Origin: Candidatus Caldarchaeum sp.
GTDB taxonomy: Archaea > Thermoproteota > Nitrososphaeria_A > Caldarchaeales > Caldarchaeaceae
Direction: 5' to 3'
Assembly: GCA_038831915.1 (NCBI GenBank)
Contig: JAWBKB010000010.1
Span: 1-51,764 of the forward strand
DNA length: 51,764 nt
The translations under genes were made by a program, and so were the position numbers. A model generated the notes under the pieces. It searched no databases, was not told the DNA's origin, and was given only the letters and a program-made list of their open reading frames with translations. Below, piece after piece: positions 48,673 to 51,764 of this stretch; position 1 is the first letter of the stretch, and each line of letters starts with the position of its first letter.

Positions 48673-49368
48673 GTGAAATACGAAATCCGTAACAGGCCTT
48701 CCTACGCGATGCTGGAAGTTGAGCTTGACGCTGGTGAAGCAATCGAGGCCGAGGCAGGGGCCATGACCTATATGACGCCAAACATACAAGTTTCGACGAC
48801 AATCCGACAGTCAGACTTCATCTCAGCACTGGGCCTTAAAATTTTCGGCGGCCAATCCTTCTTCGTCAACGAATACACTGCGAGGGGAGGCCCGGGAAAA
48901 ATCGCGCTCGTTTCCGCGCCTTTAGGAGACATAGCCCACCTCAGGGTAGCGCCGAACGCAGGATATATCATCCAGAAATCCGCATACGTTGCGTCAAGCC
49001 CGGCCGTTGACCTCGACATCAAGTGGCAGGGATTCACACGCGGGCTTTTCGGTCAAGGCCTTTTCATGATTAAAGTATCTGGCACAGGAGATTTGTTCAT
49101 CAACACATTCGGCGCGCTTGAAAAAATAACTCTCGGTCCAAATGAGGAGCTGATCGTGGATAACTTTCACCTCGCGGCGTTTTCTGACACGTGTAGGTAT
49201 GAAGTCCGGAAATTCGGCGGGTTGAAGTCAACGATTCTGGGTGGTGAAGGACTGGTCGTCAGCGTGAAAGGCCCCGGCGACATCTACGTTCAGACGAAAA
49301 ACCCCGCGGAATTCGCTGAATGGCTTTGGAGCCTCCTCGAACCATACGCAAGGTCGAGAGCACGTTAA
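48673..49368 (+). CDS. TIGR00266/AIM24-family protein
   Basis: AEAGAM, GGQSFFVN, GQGLF, VDNFHL, GGEGLV..GPG..QT. Confidence 0.88.
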   Translation: MKYEIRNRPSYAMLEVELDAGEAIEAEAGAMTYMTPNIQVSTTIRQSDFISALGLKIFGGQSFFVNEYTARGGPGKIALVSAPLGDIAHLRVAPNAGYIIQKSAYVASSPAVDLDIKWQGFTRGLFGQGLFMIKVSGTGDLFINTFGALEKITLGPNEELIVDNFHLAAFSDTCRYEVRKFGGLKSTILGGEGLVVSVKGPGDIYVQTKNPAEFAEWLWSLLEPYARSRAR

Positions 49369-50720
49369 AAAACGAGCAAAGGCTTACCCGGTTCTGGTGT
49401 CAGTATTTCTCTACCAGGCATTAGTTTTGTGAAGTGCTCGGGATGTTCTGTGTGGACCGGAACGACTTTTCGCGGGTCGATTTCTTCAACTATTTTGAGG
49501 AGAGCCTGTTGCGAAGCATGTCCTGAAGCATGAATTCGGAACAGCCGGAGACCGAGAAGCTCGGCCCAGTTCTCCACCTTGTCCATTTCAAGCACCTGCT
49601 CTTCAGAATGAGGCTCGCTAGTCGACAAAACAAAAGGAGAATCTCTGTCTGGCTTTATGTCGGATAGAGTGATAATGTCCTCCGCTCTGCTAAGCACGAG
49701 AACATATTTGCTCTGGTTTCTACGTAAAGTTCCCTCCGTCACCGTCGGAACCTTGTCGAGGAGCTCTGCCATCCATCTTGGATAATCTTTTCTGTCGTAT
49801 GTGCCGGTTCTTCTCTTTTCGAGGAAAGCAACGAGCTTGTCTTCCTTCATTTCGGGACAAGATATTCTCGGCCCCGCCTTTCGAAGATATTCGAGTACGT
49901 GAGCATGTTCCAACGATATAGCAGCGGTTCTGCCGCTCTGTTCAGCAACTTTGAGCACGGTGTTTAAACGGTCAAAATCCATCATACCTACCACTACTAT
50001 CACAAGTTTCTGAGAACAATCTGTCGCAACTTTTTTCAACTCTGTTTCTATGGTTTTCTCGCTTGAAGCATCGGTGTCATCGATTCGGGTTCCCTCGATG
50101 ATGAGAACATCGATGTGTTTTTGTCGGCATTTTTCGACGTATTTCCACGTCATTTCGGCTTTCGGCCCATGTGTTCGCAGGTCACCCGTGTAGGCGATTG
50201 TGCCGCCGTCGGTTTCGACGACAAACCCGTAGGCGGCGGGAATGCTGTGGTCCACGTGAACGGGGTTGAAAACATGTTCGTTTACGCGAACTGTTTCGCC
50301 GGTTTTGAATGTGTGGATGATGTGTTTTGTTTCTGTTGAGAGGAGGTTTTCGGGTGATTTTGGTTTTGAGCTTTCTCTGGCTTGGATAAGGAGTTTCGTA
50401 GTTTCGCCCAGGTAGATGGGAATGTCTCTTCTTAAGAGTCCGGCGTGTCCGTAATGGTCCATGTGGCCATGTGATATCAGCACCGCGTCTGCGAAGGGTT
50501 TTGAACCATCATGAACGTACAGTCCGTCGATGAATGGAAGTACATGCGTGGAAAGATAGTCCTTGACCATGGCAAATCTTCGTGGCTGGAGGAAAGTGCT
50601 GAAAAACTTGCTTTTCGCGTTAAAGTCAACTCCAAAGTCGAGGAAAACTCTGGATTTTCCTTCTAGCAGTATTTTGTTTCCGCCGATTCTGCCGGCGCCG
50701 CCGTAAACCGTTATCTTCAA
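49365..50720 (-). CDS. Metallo-beta-lactamase/beta-CASP ribonuclease (RNase J-like)
   Basis: IGGNKI, SHGHMDH, VDHS, YTGDLR.HG, EGT, HASGH, PVHTEH. Confidence 0.85.
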   Translation of the reverse strand: MKITVYGGAGRIGGNKILLEGKSRVFLDFGVDFNAKSKFFSTFLQPRRFAMVKDYLSTHVLPFIDGLYVHDGSKPFADAVLISHGHMDHYGHAGLLRRDIPIYLGETTKLLIQARESSKPKSPENLLSTETKHIIHTFKTGETVRVNEHVFNPVHVDHSIPAAYGFVVETDGGTIAYTGDLRTHGPKAEMTWKYVEKCRQKHIDVLIIEGTRIDDTDASSEKTIETELKKVATDCSQKLVIVVVGMMDFDRLNTVLKVAEQSGRTAAISLEHAHVLEYLRKAGPRISCPEMKEDKLVAFLEKRRTGTYDRKDYPRWMAELLDKVPTVTEGTLRRNQSKYVLVLSRAEDIITLSDIKPDRDSPFVLSTSEPHSEEQVLEMDKVENWAELLGLRLFRIHASGHASQQALLKIVEEIDPRKVVPVHTEHPEHFTKLMPGREILTPEPGKPLLVF

Positions 50721-50805
50721 CCATCGCTACATGTTCAAGCTCCGTAAAATCTTTAGCGATGGGAAGTTTCACCATTCTTAAAAGCTGGCGTGTTCGTTTT
50801 CATTT

Positions 50806-51570
50806 GTGTTGAATTATTTTTATGTGGACGAGCCGCCTGTCGGCGTGAAATTTTTAGTTGCGGGTTTGCCGGATATGGGAAACGTCGCCGGAATCGCAGT
50901 GGAACATCTCATCAAAACACTCGGAATGCACCCTTTCGCCGTCCTGCGCGGCTCATGGCCTCCCTACGTTATGCATGAAAAAAGCAGAATAGTTTATAGA
51001 CGGTCGCAGTTCAAGTTTTACAAAACTCCGCTGCCGAGCTTGTTCACGGTTTTCTCGGGAGAGTATCAGCCTTACGAACCTCAGGCCTTGTATGAATTGA
51101 CCGAATCAGTTGCAGAGTTTGCGAAAAGACTTGCCGTCGAAAAGTTGGTAACCGTGGGTGCGGCCCATCGCGGAGCCGCTTCTCAGGGGAGGGTGTTTTA
51201 CGCGGCGACCGAAGAAGAGATGGCTGCTTTGGCTGAGCAAGCTGGTGCGGTCGCGTTGGAGGACAGCGGATACGTCACGGGTTTCAACGGTCTTTTACTC
51301 GGAGTTGGAAAAGAGCTAGGGATGGCCGGCGTCTGCCTCCTTGGCGAGATAGACAATCCGGAAATTCCCCAGCCGTCGGCATCTAAAAACGTTCTCCGCG
51401 TCGTCGCCAAACTAGTGGGAATCGAAGACCTCGACACGTCTACCTTAGATGAAGCGGCGGAAAAGATCAGGGCTCAGCTGCTTTTCGCCGAGGAGCAGGC
51501 GCGGTTGAGACGCCAGTTTTTGTTTCGCTCGAATAAATGCTCACAATGTTCAACCCATAAGTGGCAATAA
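50806..51570 (+). CDS. PAC2-family protein (second paralogue); C-terminus possibly non-native
   Basis: AGLPDMGNVAG, YQP, TVGAA, VTGFNGLLLG, CLLGE..PQPSAS. Confidence 0.82.
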   Translation: MLNYFYVDEPPVGVKFLVAGLPDMGNVAGIAVEHLIKTLGMHPFAVLRGSWPPYVMHEKSRIVYRRSQFKFYKTPLPSLFTVFSGEYQPYEPQALYELTESVAEFAKRLAVEKLVTVGAAHRGAASQGRVFYAATEEEMAALAEQAGAVALEDSGYVTGFNGLLLGVGKELGMAGVCLLGEIDNPEIPQPSASKNVLRVVAKLVGIEDLDTSTLDEAAEKIRAQLLFAEEQARLRRQFLFRSNKCSQCSTHKWQ

Positions 51571-51764
51571 CTGACAAAACCTGTGTGAGAGCGCCAGGCT
51601 ATCCCTACAACGGCGGCCTCCTTGTCATAATTTTAGATGGTTGATTTGTTTTTCTTTTTTCTTAGTAAGGTGTATTTTGGTATTTAAAGGCTGGAAGAGC
51701 TTTTAAACGTTTTTGTGAAAATTGGCCATATAAGGCTATTTACTACAAGGACAATGTTAGTGTC

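Noticed and set aside
1-51764. CRISPR arrays, transposases, prophage genes
   Set aside because: No regularly spaced repeats or recognisable transposase/integrase ORFs seen by eye.

Overview
Gene-dense archaeal chromosomal window; gene content and style suggest a TACK-group thermophile, possibly Aigarchaeota/Caldarchaeales (inference). It opens with the 3' part of a 23S rRNA gene interrupted by two bulge-helix-bulge (BHB) introns encoding LAGLIDADG homing endonucleases, at about E. coli positions 2449 and 2588. Next come hypEC-D/hypF, a catabolic block (amidohydrolase, Liv-type ABC transporter, acyl-CoA dehydrogenase, molybdo-hydroxylase large subunit, thiolase-like/DUF35/thioesterase), a bacterial-type GAPDH beside a frameshifted pgk, a DtxR-regulated metal ABC operon, tRNA-Val(GAC), tgtA, a LysW-type Lys/Arg cluster with argGH, and housekeeping genes. 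The standout is a perfect 23-nt BHB intron (36667-36689) inside a protein-coding gene of the COG2403/arginine-synthetase-like family. Removing it at the canonical cut sites restores the frame and the conserved GAAGRDFHNFN motif, making it a candidate archaeal mRNA intron outside cbf5. All calls are by eye; no searches were run.
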